A stretch of DNA of 64,000 nt from the human T2T-CHM13v2.0 reference genome, Homo sapiens (GCF_009914755.1 NC_060937.1), one strand, 5' to 3'; shown: positions 50,525 through 61,654, counted from the stretch's first letter. Notes: generated by a model not told the origin, from the sequence alone. Program-made: numbers and translations.

Positions 50525-50591
50525 GCACGTGATGAGCGAGCTCCTGGACACAGAACGGGCCTACGTGGAGGAGCTGCTGTGCGTCCTGGAG
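50525..50591 (+). CDS. MCF2L: MCF2L exon, DH domain start: HVMSELLDTERAYVEELLCVLE
   Basis: cctgccaccag|G ... GAG|gtgagg; 67 nt; DH conserved-region-1 motif ELLxTExxYV. Confidence 0.96.
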
Positions 50592-50999
50592 GTGAGGCTG
50601 GACTCGGGGAGGGCCGACTGCCACGGGGACTCCCCTGGGCCAGCTGGTGGGGCTTCCTCTGACAACTGCTGCTCGGAGCAGCCTGCTGTCCACCAAATGC
50701 ATGTGAGAGAGCGCCCACAGCAGCCTGGTCAGGCCCCAGACGGGGAGCCCCTGGGGGCCTATCAACAAGACACAGACCAGGCAGCTCAGGGGGGTCCGTA
50801 CAGGGGACAAGTGTAGTGATAAGAAAGAGGAGCTGACACACAACAGATGCACAAACCACACACACATCGTCACCAACACAGGCCACAGGGTGCCTGCGAT
50901 TCCCGGCACGGGGCACTCCAGGGCAAGCAAAACTCGTCGGAGGTGGGAGGCAGATTAGAGGTGACCTTGGCAGTGGGCTGTTGCCTGGGTGAGCTTGAT

Positions 51000-51472
51000 G
51001 TGAGTGGTGGTCACCTGAGTATAGACAGGCATCTCATTCACCCAGTGTGCACAGGTAGTGATCACCTGAGTGTAGACAGCGAGTGTGCACAGGTGGTGGT
51101 CACTTGAGTGTAGACGGGTGTCCGAATCACCGAGTGTTCAGAGGTGGTGGTCACCCAAGTGTAGACGGGTGTCTGATTCACCGAGTGTGCACAGGTGGTG
51201 GTCAACTGAGTGTTGACAGGTGTCTGATTCACTGAGTGTGCACATGTGGTCACCTGAGTGTAGACAGCGAGTGTGCACATGTGATCACCTGAGTGTAGAC
51301 AGCGAGTGTGCACAGGTGGTGACCACCTGAGTGTAGACAGCGAGTGTGCACAGGTGGTGGTCACCCAAATGTAGACGGGTGTCTGAGTCACCGAGTGTGC
51401 ACAGGTGGTGGTCACCTGAGTGTAGTCGAGTGTCTGATTTACTGAGTGTGAGCAGGTCACCCGAGTGTAGAC
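51000..51472. repeat. Complex minisatellite with ~51-bp and ~35-40-bp unit forms (gtgtgcacaggtggtggtcacctgagtgtagac core)
   Basis: Direct reading; (VTTTCAHS) recurs in ORF 51062..51460(-). Confidence 0.88.
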
Positions 51473-51738
51473 ATAAGATTTGTGCCCTCTGTTTCAGTTA
51501 CACCTGAATCATAAAAGGTTAAAAGGGAGAAGGGTAGAACTTCCACCCCATTCCCCCAAATTGGTGCTGTTCATAATGCTTTTGCTTTGATGGATGCCTG
51601 TCCCGGTAACTTAGAAATCACCCGAGAATAAAGATGAAGGGCTGGCCTGGCCCACAGATGAGCCGGCATCCCTGGCCCACCTGCCCCCCCACAGCATCAG
51701 GCCCAGGACCCCCGCCGACCTCTGCGCTCTCCCTGCAG

Positions 51739-51854
51739 GGCTACGCCGCGGAGATGGATAACCCACTGATGGCTCACCTCCTGTCAACAGGCCTTCACAA
51801 CAAGAAGGATGTTTTGTTTGGAAACATGGAGGAAATCTATCACTTCCACAACAG
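51739..51854 (+). CDS. MCF2L: MCF2L exon, DH domain: GYAAEMDNPLMAHLLSTGLHNKKDVLFGNMEEIYHFHN(R)
   Basis: ctctccctgcag|GGC ... ACAG|gtgggc; 116 nt; LFGNxEEIYxFH motif. Confidence 0.96.
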
Positions 51855-53309
51855 GTGGGCCCTTCCCCCCGACACAGGCACGCACCCGTGATCTCTTGCA
51901 GCTAATGGTGCTGGCTTCAGGGGGCTGGAATGGGGGTGGAGGCCAGGCCATGCCTGGCTAGGGAGGGGCGCCCAAGGGGTGGACTCACAGAGGCACAGGC
52001 TTGAGTGTGGGTACATGGGGCCATCTCTGAGCGCCCACGTGGCACCGTACCTGGTGGCCTGTGTCTAGGCAGCCGAGTTGTAAGTGAGCTGCCAGCTGTG
52101 AGGAGAGGGCTCTGAGCCCGAGTGCGCCCTGTTTTGTGGTGTAGGAAATGGGACCCGCCTGCCCCTCATCCCCTCCTCATCCTGCTGGGCAGGTGGAAGC
52201 CGGAACCCCCTCCCAGGTGTGTATTCGGCCCTTTAGGGGGTCACCGAAGGCCATACCACATAGCAAGGCCTGTTTTGTTCCCAAGCTCTTGAAAAGGACG
52301 GCAAACTAGGCGTTCCTTACCCATCATGGGGGCTGCTTGTCCCCCGAGCGACCCGTGGCCTCTCCAGTGCAGGTGGCCTGTCTGGCCTCTTGTCCTCCAC
52401 TCCTCTGAGCTGTTTGGCTGCTTTAACACAGTTTTGGGGAGCTCATGGGAAGGTGTAGGGTGCACACGCAGTGCAGAATGCCAGGGAGGCTGCAGTGGAC
52501 GGCCCCCGCTGCGTGTCCTGGAAGGAACCCATGTGAGTGGCTCCCATGCGGCCATGTGCTTGGGGACCAGCGTGCCCCACTGGCCATGGGAATCGCCAGT
52601 GCTTGGGATGTTGTTCTGACACCTGTTTCTTGCCCTCTCATCACCTCACCTGCCACTTACAAGGAGGCAGCAGGTCTGCAGTTGACCACCAAGGAGCCTT
52701 CCACGTCCACGGAGCTTGGGCAGAACCTTAGTGTCCCTTAGTATCTGTCCTCATGGCCCCCAGGGTCTCAGCCAGTCCTGCACGCAGGGGTCCCCACAGC
52801 TTTCAGCTGTTGTGCTCATGCCCCAAATCCATCCCCCAGACGGTTTTCCCCTCCAGCCGGACTTCCTCCAGGGGACAGATGCAACAGAAAACAGCCCAGG
52901 AGCCTGGGGGCGGCGCTGCCTAGGGCCAGGGCTCAGGGTGTGTCTGCAGAGAACCCACAGACCCACGGCCAGTTATGGGGGTGGCGCCTCCAGGGCCCTG
53001 AAAGGTCCCATCTCTGTCTTTGCCTGCGGCCCTGTGAGCCGTGTGTGTGCTGAGGGAAAAGCAGCTCCCTCCAACTTCTGTGTGCAGCCAAGGCCAGAAA
53101 TATAAAGAGACTCAGCCTGGGGCTGCACCTGCTGGCGCCTGAGAGCTTGGTGCTCAGGACAGGCGTGGCTGCAGCGTCTCCAAGTCATGCGGGGCAGATT
53201 GCCCAGAGCAAGGCGTAACAGGCTTCTGAAAAATGACGTCCATCCACTTGTCACTGGTCCACGTGACTCGGCCTGTCTTTCATACTACTTAAAAACCTTC
53301 TTTGTCTAG

Positions 53310-53379
53310 GATATTCCTCAGGGAGCTGGAAAACTACACTGACTGCCCAGAACTGGTTGGAAGATGCTTTCTGGAGAGG
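53310..53379 (+). CDS. MCF2L: MCF2L exon, DH domain: IFLRELENYTDCPELVGRCFLER
   Basis: ttctttgtctag|G ... AGG|gtaggt; 70 nt, phase 2/0. Absent from the ORF track, read directly. Confidence 0.95.
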
Positions 53380-53519
53380 GTAGGTGGTGTTTTGACGTGT
53401 ATTTTGTCACAACTTCTTAAAAGTACTGAATAATGACTTCAGATTCTACTGCAAGTTCCTATTCTAACCAACTGAAATCACAAAATACGATGTTTTCAAT
53501 TTGGCTGAGATACCATGAT

Positions 53520-53785
53520 GCTCCTGTACCCCTAGAACCTCCTGAACCCCCAGAACCTCCTGAACCCCAGAAAACCTCCTGAACCCCAGAAAACGTCCTG
53601 AACCCCCAGAACCTCCTGTACCCCAGGACCTCCTGTACCCCAGAACCTCCTGAACCCCAGAACCTCCTGAACCCCAGAACCTTCTGTACCCCCAGAACCT
53701 CCTTTGCCCCCAGAACTTCCTGTCCCTTAGAAACTTCTGAGCCCTGTGCCTTAAAACCTTCTGTGCCCCTAGAACCATCTGTGCC
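53520..53785. repeat. ~18-bp minisatellite (CCCCAGAACCTCCTGAAC) decaying toward its 3' end
   Basis: Direct reading. Confidence 0.88.
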
Positions 53786-54112
53786 CTAGAGGCACCCAGG
53801 AGCAATTGCACTTCACAGTGGGGCTAGGGTCTGTTTTTTGCTAAATAACAGGTAATTTGTAAAACTGCCAGAGAAAATGCTAGAAGTTCTATTATATAAA
53901 CAAATCAACAAACCACACCATAAATGGCCTTCTAAGAATGGCTGCGGTGGAACCCCGTCTCCACTCCACGCCTGTGCTCTGGGAAGTCAGGGGCTCTGGG
54001 ACAGGGAGCCCCATTAATGGAGGGCAGGCCCCCCAGCGGAGCCTGGGAGCCAGTGCCGGCCCTCGGAAGCTATGGGGCCAGCAGCAATGCCTCGCAGGGC
54101 CGGGAAGACGCT

Positions 54113-54213
54113 GCGTGATGCGGTGCCCGTCCCTCACCGCGTAATGCGGTGCCCGTCCCTCACCGCGTGATGCGCTGCCCATCCCTCACTGCGTGATGCG
54201 GTGCCTGTCCCTC
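54113..54213. repeat. 26-bp tandem repeat x~4 abutting an exon acceptor
   Basis: gcgtgatgcggtgcccgtccctcacc at 54113, 54139, 54165, 54191. Confidence 0.9.
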
Positions 54214-54220
54214 GGTGCAG

Positions 54221-54313
54221 ATGGAAGATTTCCAGATCTATGAGAAGTACTGTCAGAACAAGCCCCGCTCTGAGAGCCTGTGGAGACAGTGCTCCGACTG
54301 CCCGTTTTTCCAG
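54221..54313 (+). CDS. MCF2L: MCF2L exon, DH domain: MEDFQIYEKYCQNKPRSESLWRQCSDCPFFQ
   Basis: cctcggtgcag|ATG ... CAG|gtttgt; 93 nt; YxxYCxNKP motif. Confidence 0.95.
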
Positions 54314-54414
54314 GTTTGTCCCCGGACCTTCCTTTAGAACGTTACTCCCTTTCCTAGCCGACTCCTGAGGAATAATGAAAATTGTGCAAACCAAAGGCTC
54401 TGGGTTGGTTCCAG

Positions 54415-54507
54415 GAATGCCAGAGAAAGCTGGACCACAAGCTGAGCCTGGACTCCTACCTGCTGAAGCCAGTGCAGAGGATCACCAAGTACCAGCTGCT
54501 GCTCAAG
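54415..54507 (+). CDS. MCF2L: MCF2L exon, DH conserved region 3: [31 protein letters not shown]
   Basis: ggttccag|GAA ... AAG|gtgggc; 93 nt; hallmark [15 protein letters not shown]. Confidence 0.97.
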
Positions 54508-54924
54508 GTGGGCTCCGCGGTGACCGTGGCCCAGCCTCCCCAGCACCTGCTGGCCAGGTGTCTGTGCCGCCCTGGGGCCCCGTCCCCATCGCGCCCTGCC
54601 CCTCCCAGGCCAAGGGCACCTCTTCCGAGCCTGTGCTGAGGCTGGGATGCCTTTCGAGGTCCTACTGTGCGCCACTGTTAGGGGTCTGAGGACGCAGGTG
54701 AGCAGACGAGTCCCCGTCCCCATGGGTTGGCACACAGCCCAGCCCACATGGGATTCTGTGTGATGTGCTGACCCGTCCCTCCAGGGTGGAGCCGTGCCCG
54801 GATTATCTGGCACACAGCAGGGACGTGGGGCGGCCTAGACTGGGGATTCCAGCTATGAGTTTGCCATGTGGGTCCCTCTAACCTTCAGGCAGGAAACTGC
54901 AACTCCATGCCTTTGGCCAGGGTT

Positions 54925-55208
54925 AGGGTGGCGAGAGGAAACTCCCCAGGGAGCAGGTGCGAGGGGTTTGCACCTGGCATCAGGGTGGCAGGAGGGAGCT
55001 CCCCGGGGAGCAGGTGTGAGGGGTTTGCACCTGGCATCAGGGTGGCAGGAGGGAGCTCCCCGGGGAGCAGGTGCGAGGGGTTTGCACCTGGCATCAGGGT
55101 GGCAGGAGGGAGCTCCCCGGGGAGCAGGTGCGAGGGGTTTGCACCTGGCATCCGGGTGGCAGGAGGGAGCTCCCCGGGGAGCAGGTGCCAAGGGTCTGCA
55201 CCTGGCAG
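54925..55208. repeat. 57-bp minisatellite x~5
   Basis: 19-aa periodicity in four overlapping ORFs (GWQEGAPRGAGARGLHLAS). Confidence 0.93.
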
Positions 55209-55395
55209 GGGTGCTGCCCCATCTGCAGCACCACTCAGTCTGTCCCAGCTGCAGGAGGGCAGGCAGGGCAGCTCCCCACAGACCAGGGGAGGGTGAGCAG
55301 CATCCCTACCTCGTGCCAAGCTCCTGAGGGGTCTGTTCCAGGGGAGCCAGGGCTCTCCGTGTCCCGACGCGGTTGCCTCACCCCATGCCCCTCAG

Positions 55396-55521
55396 GAAAT
55401 GCTGAAATACAGCAGGAACTGCGAGGGGGCTGAGGACCTGCAGGAGGCGCTGAGCTCCATCCTGGGCATCCTGAAGGCCGTGAACGACTCCATGCACCTC
55501 ATCGCTATCACCGGCTATGAC
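55396..55521 (+). CDS. MCF2L: MCF2L exon, DH end: EMLKYSRNCEGAEDLQEALSSILGILKAVNDSMHLIAITGYD
   Basis: gcccctcag|GAA ... GAC|gtaagg; 126 nt, phase 0/0. Confidence 0.96.
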
Positions 55522-55939
55522 GTAAGGCGCCCAGATGCCCGGTCTTCCCCGCCGCCTCCGTGGAATACACCAGCCCAGCAACTTGGCGGCCTCCCTGCAC
55601 ACGCCCCTCGCTTTGGTGTGAATGTGCAGGTTCTGGGCAGGAGGTCTGGGGTGGTCCCTAGATGAGCCCACTCCCAGGCCCCACAGCCGGGTCCACAGAC
55701 CCCACAGCCGGGTCCACAGACCCCACTGGGCTCTCTGGGACGTGGAGAAAATCAGGAAGCGTCCCTTGCTTGGAGGGCACGCATCTCCAGCAGGAATGCA
55801 GCTCAGACCTCCTCACTCCTTGTCTTCTCCTGGGGAGGAGGCGTGGCTCGGAGCAGACGTGACTTCTGTTTTCTGGGCTGCGATTTGCAGGCTGGTGACT
55901 TAGAGCAAGTGGCCCCAGAAGGCAGATGTCACTTTCCCC

Positions 55940-56460
55940 GTAGAGCCCCACATCAGGTCACAGCTTATTCATCTTTTGTCCGTCTTTATGTCCACCCAGC
56001 ACTCATTCTCAGGTGTTTTTTTTTTAACTAATAGAGTTGATTTATTGCAGCAATTTTTGGTTTGTGAGATAATTGAGTATAAATCAGAGGCCCTGAGGCT
56101 TCCCCTAGTGTTGACATTTAGCATGGGTGCCACACCTGCCACACATGGTGAACTAGCGCTGATGCTGATTAGTGACTGAGGGCCGTTCCCCTTGGAGCTC
56201 ACTCTGGGTGCTGTGCATTCTGCGGTTTGGACAGGTGTGTAACATCCTACACCCAGCGCTAGAGCATCACACAGAGCAGCTTCACTGTCCTAGAAGCCCA
56301 TGTGCCCCGCCAGTCCATCCCTCCTCCCCCAGCCCCTGGCACCTGCTGACCTGTCAGTCTCCACGAGCTTGCCTTTCCTGGGACGCCCTGCAGCTGGAAT
56401 CCCACCGTGGGTGGGCTTTGCAGAGTGGCTGCTTTCACTCAGCGATGCGCGTCCATGGCC
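55940..56460 (-). mobile_element. Probable old L1 3'-UTR fragment (L1MC/MD-type)
   Basis: ttttttaactaatagagttgatttattgcagcaattttt...gggtgctgtgcattctgcggtttggacaggtgtgtaa...agagcagcttcactgtcctagaa. Similarity from memory only. Confidence 0.45.
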
Positions 56461-56506
56461 CCAGGCCCATCCCGTCCTGAACACAGCCCTGCTGTCGCAC
56501 ATTTAG

Positions 56507-56728
56507 GGGAATCTCGGCGACCTGGGCAAGCTGCTGATGCAGGGCTCGTTCAGCGTCTGGACCGACCACAAGAGGGGCCACACCAAGGTGAAGGAGCTGG
56601 CCAGGTTCAAGCCCATGCAGCGGCACCTGTTCCTGCACGAGAAGGCAGTGCTCTTCTGCAAGAAGAGGGAGGAGAATGGGGAGGGGTATGAGAAAGCTCC
56701 CTCCTACAGCTACAAGCAGTCCTTAAAC
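56507..56728 (+). CDS. MCF2L: MCF2L exon, PH domain: GNLGDLGKLLMQGSFSVWTDHKRGHTKVKELARFKPMQRHLFLHEKAVLFCKKREENGEGYEKAPSYSYKQSLN
   Basis: cacatttag|GGG ... AAC|gtaagt; 222 nt, phase 0/0. Confidence 0.96.
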
Positions 56729-56978
56729 GTAAGTGAGGCCGGGTCTGCAGCAGCACGCTCCTGGCCACAGACCCCGACGGGGGAAGTCTGTAACTCGGTC
56801 TGAGGTGGACACGCTGACACCCAGCTCTCAGCCTTAGGTGTAGGGGTGGGGTATTCTGCCATTCTTAGCCCTCACCCCCAAAGTATTTCCATCATTTCGT
56901 GCCTGCACCAACACCTTTTAAAAACAAGGCAGTGGGTTCACTGTGCACGCGAACCCCATCTCCACTCTCTGCTCGCAG

Positions 56979-57071
56979 ATGGCTGCCGTTGGCATTACGG
57001 AGAACGTGAAGGGAGATGCTAAGAAGTTCGAGATCTGGTACAACGCGCGCGAGGAGGTCTACATCGTCCAG
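56979..57071 (+). CDS. MCF2L: MCF2L exon, PH domain: MAAVGITENVKGDAKKFEIWYNAREEVYIVQ
   Basis: ctctctgctcgcag|ATG ... CAG|gtgggc; 93 nt. Confidence 0.96.
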
Positions 57072-57598
57072 GTGGGCCACCCACCCTACCCCTGGCCTCT
57101 TACACATTGCCACGAATGGTTTCTCATGGGAACCAGTGCAAGGATCTGCCATGAAGTTGCATCGAGCCCAGGAGCAGCCGCTGTACACTTCAGGATGCTG
57201 CCCTGGGCTGTCTTCACCCTGAGCTGGACCCAGAATGAAATGTGGGGAAAAGTACACATCAGACGGGGTGCTGCGAGGAAACGGGCTCTCCCTCCCCAGG
57301 GGAGCTCATGTGTCCCTGGACGGTGCAAGTGTGCATCTGGCACGCAGGGCCGATTGTCACGGTGGGGAGGGTGCCGTGCCCTGGGTGCCAGGCACAGTTC
57401 TTCAGTCAGTCCCGTGCATGGGGCACAGAGGGTCCCGCAATGCGGGGCCACCCACAGTGCTTTCCTCCTCTCCCCTCACACGCAGCCACCTGACCTTTGA
57501 CTCCTAAGATTATCTTTGGATGTTCCGAGAGTGAAACCAAAGCGTGTTTCCTCGGGGGCCTGAGTACTCACCTCCTGGCGTTTCTTTTGGGGAAACAG

Positions 57599-57677
57599 GC
57601 GCCAACTCCTGAGATTAAAGCCGCGTGGGTGAATGAAATTCGGAAAGTGCTGACCAGCCAGCTGCAGGCTTGTAGAG
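57599..57677 (+). CDS. MCF2L: MCF2L exon, PH C-terminal helix: APTPEIKAAWVNEIRKVLTSQLQACR(E)
   Basis: tttcttttggggaaacag|GCG ... AGAG|gtgagg; 79 nt; conserved PH tryptophan. Confidence 0.95.
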
Positions 57678-57833
57678 GTGAGGCTGTCTTCAAGCGATCG
57701 TTTCCCGTAGCTTCCGCTCCAGGTGCATTTTTACCTATGTTCAGAGCAACCGCACAGTCCCCGCATGCGCAAGGTGCCTCGGCGTTGAAGTAAAGACGCT
57801 CGTTCACGTGGTTTGTCTGCTCCCTCCTCGCAG

Positions 57834-57900
57834 AAGCCAGCCAGCACCGGGCGCTGGAGCAGTCACAGAGCCTGCCCCTGCCGGCCCCGACCAGCACCAG
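57834..57900 (+). CDS. MCF2L: MCF2L exon: ASQHRALEQSQSLPLPAPTST(S)
   Basis: ccctcctcgcag|AA ... CCAG|gtgaga; 67 nt, phase 1/2. Confidence 0.93.
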
Positions 57901-58487
57901 GTGAGAATGGACACGCTGCCGCAGGCCTGCGTTTCTGGAGCAGTCCCGAGCAGGCCATTTGCACGCCAGGGTCCTCGGCCTCTGTCAGTGGGACCCTGTG
58001 GTTATTGGGGTTTTCCTTGAGGCCCCTGGTGTTTATGTGCTGACGGGTCCGTCCCAGAGGGTGTACTTCACAGATGTGTGCCTCCGACAATGCCCAGTCC
58101 CTCTCCAGCTCTTCCCGGGGTGGGCTGTTCCACAGCACGGCAGTGCGCACATGGCCTGTCCAGATCACAGCCACGCCCCAGCACTCCTCAGACAGTCGGG
58201 GCTCAGCTGGGAGCCGGCACTGATGGCCCAGCACACACGTGGGCACGTTTCAGACTCCGACCCTGACCGTGGCTTCGTCGTGTCTCTTCTGCCCTTGTTT
58301 TTTCTTTATTTTGTTCATCCACTTATTTTTTTCACTTTATCCTGTTTCTTATATAAGCTACCTTTAATCATTCATGGAACAGGATATGGCCTAAATAAAT
58401 AATCCGTAGAACAGTAGTTTTAAAAAAGAAACACTCCCCCGCCCCCCCCCCGCCCCCCGAAAAAAAAAGCCTCATACTTCAGAGCAA

Positions 58488-58816
58488 GTAGGGTGGGCGT
58501 CTGTTCTCATCCAGCCCGTCCGGGTTTAACTTAGAAGTGTGTGGCCCCTCAGAAGCAGGAGGGTGGGCGTCTGCTCTCATCCAGTCCGTCCGGGTTTAAC
58601 TTAGAAGTGTGTGGCCCCTCAGAAGCAGGAGGGTGGGCGTCTGCTCTCATCCAGCCCGTCTGGGTTTAACTTAGAAGTGTGTGGCCCCTCAGAAGCAGGA
58701 GGGTGGGCGTCTGCTCTCATCCAGTCCGTCTGGGTTTAACTTAGAAGTGTGTGGCCCCTCAGAAGCAGGAGGGTGGGCGTCTGCTCTCATCCAGCCCGTC
58801 CGGGTTTAACTTAGAA
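58488..58816. repeat. 70-bp minisatellite x~4.7
   Basis: gggtgggcgtctg at 58491, 58561, 58631, 58701, 58771. Confidence 0.95.
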
Positions 58817-58950
58817 ACACGTGCAGGAGATGCTGCTTTAGGATCAGGCCGGGAGCTCAGAGATATCTGAATGCCTCAGGTCCTCAGGGCGTTCTGAAAG
58901 ACTAACCAGGCAACACACTATTTCCTTTTTGATTTGTCTGATGTCATCAG

Positions 58951-59069
58951 TCCCTCAAGAGGAAACTCAAGGAACATCAAGAAGCTGGAAGAAAGGAAAA
59001 CAGACCCCCTAAGCCTGGAGGGATACGTCAGCTCAGCGCCACTGACAAAGCCCCCCGAAAAGGGCAAAG
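58951..59069 (+). CDS. MCF2L: MCF2L exon: PSRGNSRNIKKLEERKTDPLSLEGYVSSAPLTKPPEKGK
   Basis: gatgtcatcag|T ... AAAG|gtgggt; 119 nt, phase 2/1. Confidence 0.93.
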
Positions 59070-59408
59070 GTGGGTATGTGCAGGGACCGGGCCTCACACG
59101 GAGGCCTCACACGGAGCTGCTCACGGAGTGCTCACTGCATCCGAGAAACCTGCGCTTCCTGCAGTATGAAGAAGCTTTGCAGAGCATTCAGGGCCCCTTG
59201 CTCCCCTCTTAACAGAGCCCTAGGACCCCACAGAAGAGCCCCTCCCTCTCCATTGCTCTGCACCCCTGCATCAGCAAGGCCAGCCCCAGAAGGAGCCTCG
59301 GCCGAGCGTGCAACCCGGAGCCGCCTTGGGCCCTCCCTGCGACAGCCGGACCCGCCTCCGCATCGGGTTGCGATGCCCTCTGCATAGTTTCTTTCTCTTC
59401 CTTCATAG

Positions 59409-59501
59409 ATGACACGGTCACTAGCTCTGCCTCAGAAAGCTCTGCGCTTTCCAGAAAGCGCTTTACCCTGCAGGGTTTTGCTAACCTCAAAGGTCAGAAA
59501 G
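59409..59501 (+). CDS. MCF2L: MCF2L probable cassette exon: (D)DTVTSSASESSALSRKRFTLQGFANLKGQK
   Basis: Strong acceptor tttctttctcttccttcatag|AT, donor AAAG|gtaaaa; 93 nt, symmetric phase 1/1, stop-free in frame. Confidence 0.8.
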
Positions 59502-60461
59502 GTAAAAGTAGTGCCTGCCCCAAACCCACCCTCACCGTGGTGGCGTCTGTCATGCATCGTGTGTGACCATTCGTGCCTCCTTCGTCACAAGGGCGGCCAC
59601 GCAAAAGCGTTTCTTTCCACCCAATCACGTGTTCCCTGATGCTGTGTCTCGCGCACAGACACCAGAGTTATTTAGAGGTGGCTTTCCTTCGGGAAGATGA
59701 AGGCGAGCTTTTCAAATGGAGGCTTGCTCAGAAACGGAGCTGTCCTTGGCTTTCCAGGCCCCCTCCTTCCTCTCCCTGCCCCCCACCCCCGCCTTCTCCC
59801 GCCTTCTCAGGTGAGTTCCCTGCAGGGTGCTGACCTTGCTGGCTGCGTGTCTCTGCTCCGCCTGGTGGCAGAGGCCGCTCAGCCATCTTCTGGGGCATCC
59901 GCTAGTGAACAGGGCTGATGGGACCCTTGAGACGGAGACGTCTAATGCCCTGCTCACCTGCGAGAGCTCCATGATGGGAAATACATGGCGGGGAAATGGG
60001 CCCAGGAGGCCCTGGAAGCCGGCCCTGGCGTGCAGGCGGCTCTTCTGGGAAGCCCTGAAGGCCAGCGTGGACAAGGGCTCTTTCCAGAGAAGTAGGAGTG
60101 TTTTCCAATTTATAAAATGCTTTTAAGTTGGCCTGAGACTTGAAACAAACAAACAAACAACAGATTCTGGTGCTGCAAACTCTGCTAGCGCAGAACTAAG
60201 AAAACGTCCCTAGAGACGGGCCCCGAAAGGACGCCTCTGAGTGCCGCAGCCCCCACTCCCGTGCCCTCCCGGCCCCTCCTTCACTGCGCGGCCCCTCGGC
60301 TCCCTGTGTTTTGCTCACAGAAGCTCCTTTTTCATCGGTGGAAAGGGGCCACAACGTCGGTGTCCCCTTCCAGCACGAGCGCGGGTCAGCCTCCTCGCCG
60401 CCTCCCTCCGTCCTTCACACTCTCTCTCCGGTTGTATTTCTGCCTCCTCCTCCTCTTGCAG

Positions 60462-60536
60462 CTTCTCCTACCAGTCCTGACAAAAAAGCCAAGCGGCATG
60501 AAGTAAAGAGCGACCCGACTCCCTTTGGTGTGCGAG
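60462..60536 (+). CDS. MCF2L: MCF2L probable cassette exon: (A)SPTSPDKKAKRHEVKSDPTPFGVR
   Basis: ctcctcctcttgcag|CT ... CGAG|gtagag; 75 nt, symmetric phase 1/1. Confidence 0.87.
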
Positions 60537-60959
60537 GTAGAGTGGCACCCTCGGGCACGGCACCCACTCTGCGTTGGCAGGAAGCGCGGCCCAGCTGGCT
60601 GTCAGGTGGCCGTCAAGGCCACCTAAGGGGGATGCTCGCGTGGGTCTTTATGCTGCGGAGGCAGACACGCGGTTGTGTTCAATGTGTGATGCTCTGGTGA
60701 CAGGTCCTCGAGGACAGCACGCCTCTCAGCCAACTCCTCACAGCAGGTCTATCTGGAGCCTGCGGAACTGCCCACCCCGTCGGTGGCTGCTGGCCACGGC
60801 TGCTGCGCTGGTCACCTGGCCGTGCTGGGTGGAGCTGGGTGGGGTCTCACTGCCCAGTGGCTGCTGTCGGCTATAGGGCACCCTGTTCCCTGCCCTTCCC
60901 TGTGGCACAGTTTGCCCCGACACTTCCTGCTGGGAACACAGAGCATAGCAACTGGCAGG

Positions 60960-61056
60960 GCCGACCCAGACCCTCCTTTCCCGGGGCTGACGAGGCCGAG
61001 CTCCCTGTCCGACCCGGACCCTCCTTTCCCGGGCCGACGAGGCTGAGCTCCCTGTG
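60960..61056. repeat. ~48-bp tandem duplication
   Basis: ccgaccc(a/g)gaccctcctttccc...gacgaggc(c/t)gagctccctgt occurs twice. Confidence 0.8.
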
Positions 61057-61654
61057 GAACCTGGCCCTTCTCGTTTCCTGCCTCCCTTATATTCTCAGGG
61101 TGAAAACTGCCCTGTGAAGCCCAGAGACCTCCCCTGGCCTGTTGAGGACCTTCAAGTGCAGGGACGGGGCTCATGTTTGCAATCTTGAGTTTTCAAAAAT
61201 TTGCAAAGGTTCCCAGGGGTGTAAGCAGAACCAGCCTTCCCATTCCGCCCGCCTCCACAGCCTCCTCACATGACACGGCGAGCCTCACAGAACCAGGCAG
61301 AAGCTGTGGCCACCCTGGGCATGAGTTCAGAGGCAGGGAGCTGGCCCGGCGTTACTGACTGTCCTGCCTGCAAGTGGGTGGGCGCCCGGCTTGCTGCTTC
61401 GAGGCCCCAGGAGTGCTTGGGAGAAGGGAGTCATTTCCCTGTTGACAGTCTCCTGGGAGAGGCTATTCTTGTCTGTCAAACCCTCTCCGCTTGTGAACTG
61501 GAGTCGGCAGAGCCGGTCCCTGGTGGAGAAGGTGGGCCGGGTGGGCCCTGTGGGCCAAATGCCGCTTCTGCTGCACTTTGGCCAAGCTCAGCCTCTGCTT
61601 CCGTCTCGTCATCCATGAATGAAGACAGTACAGCCTTGCAGGGTCTCGAGAAAG

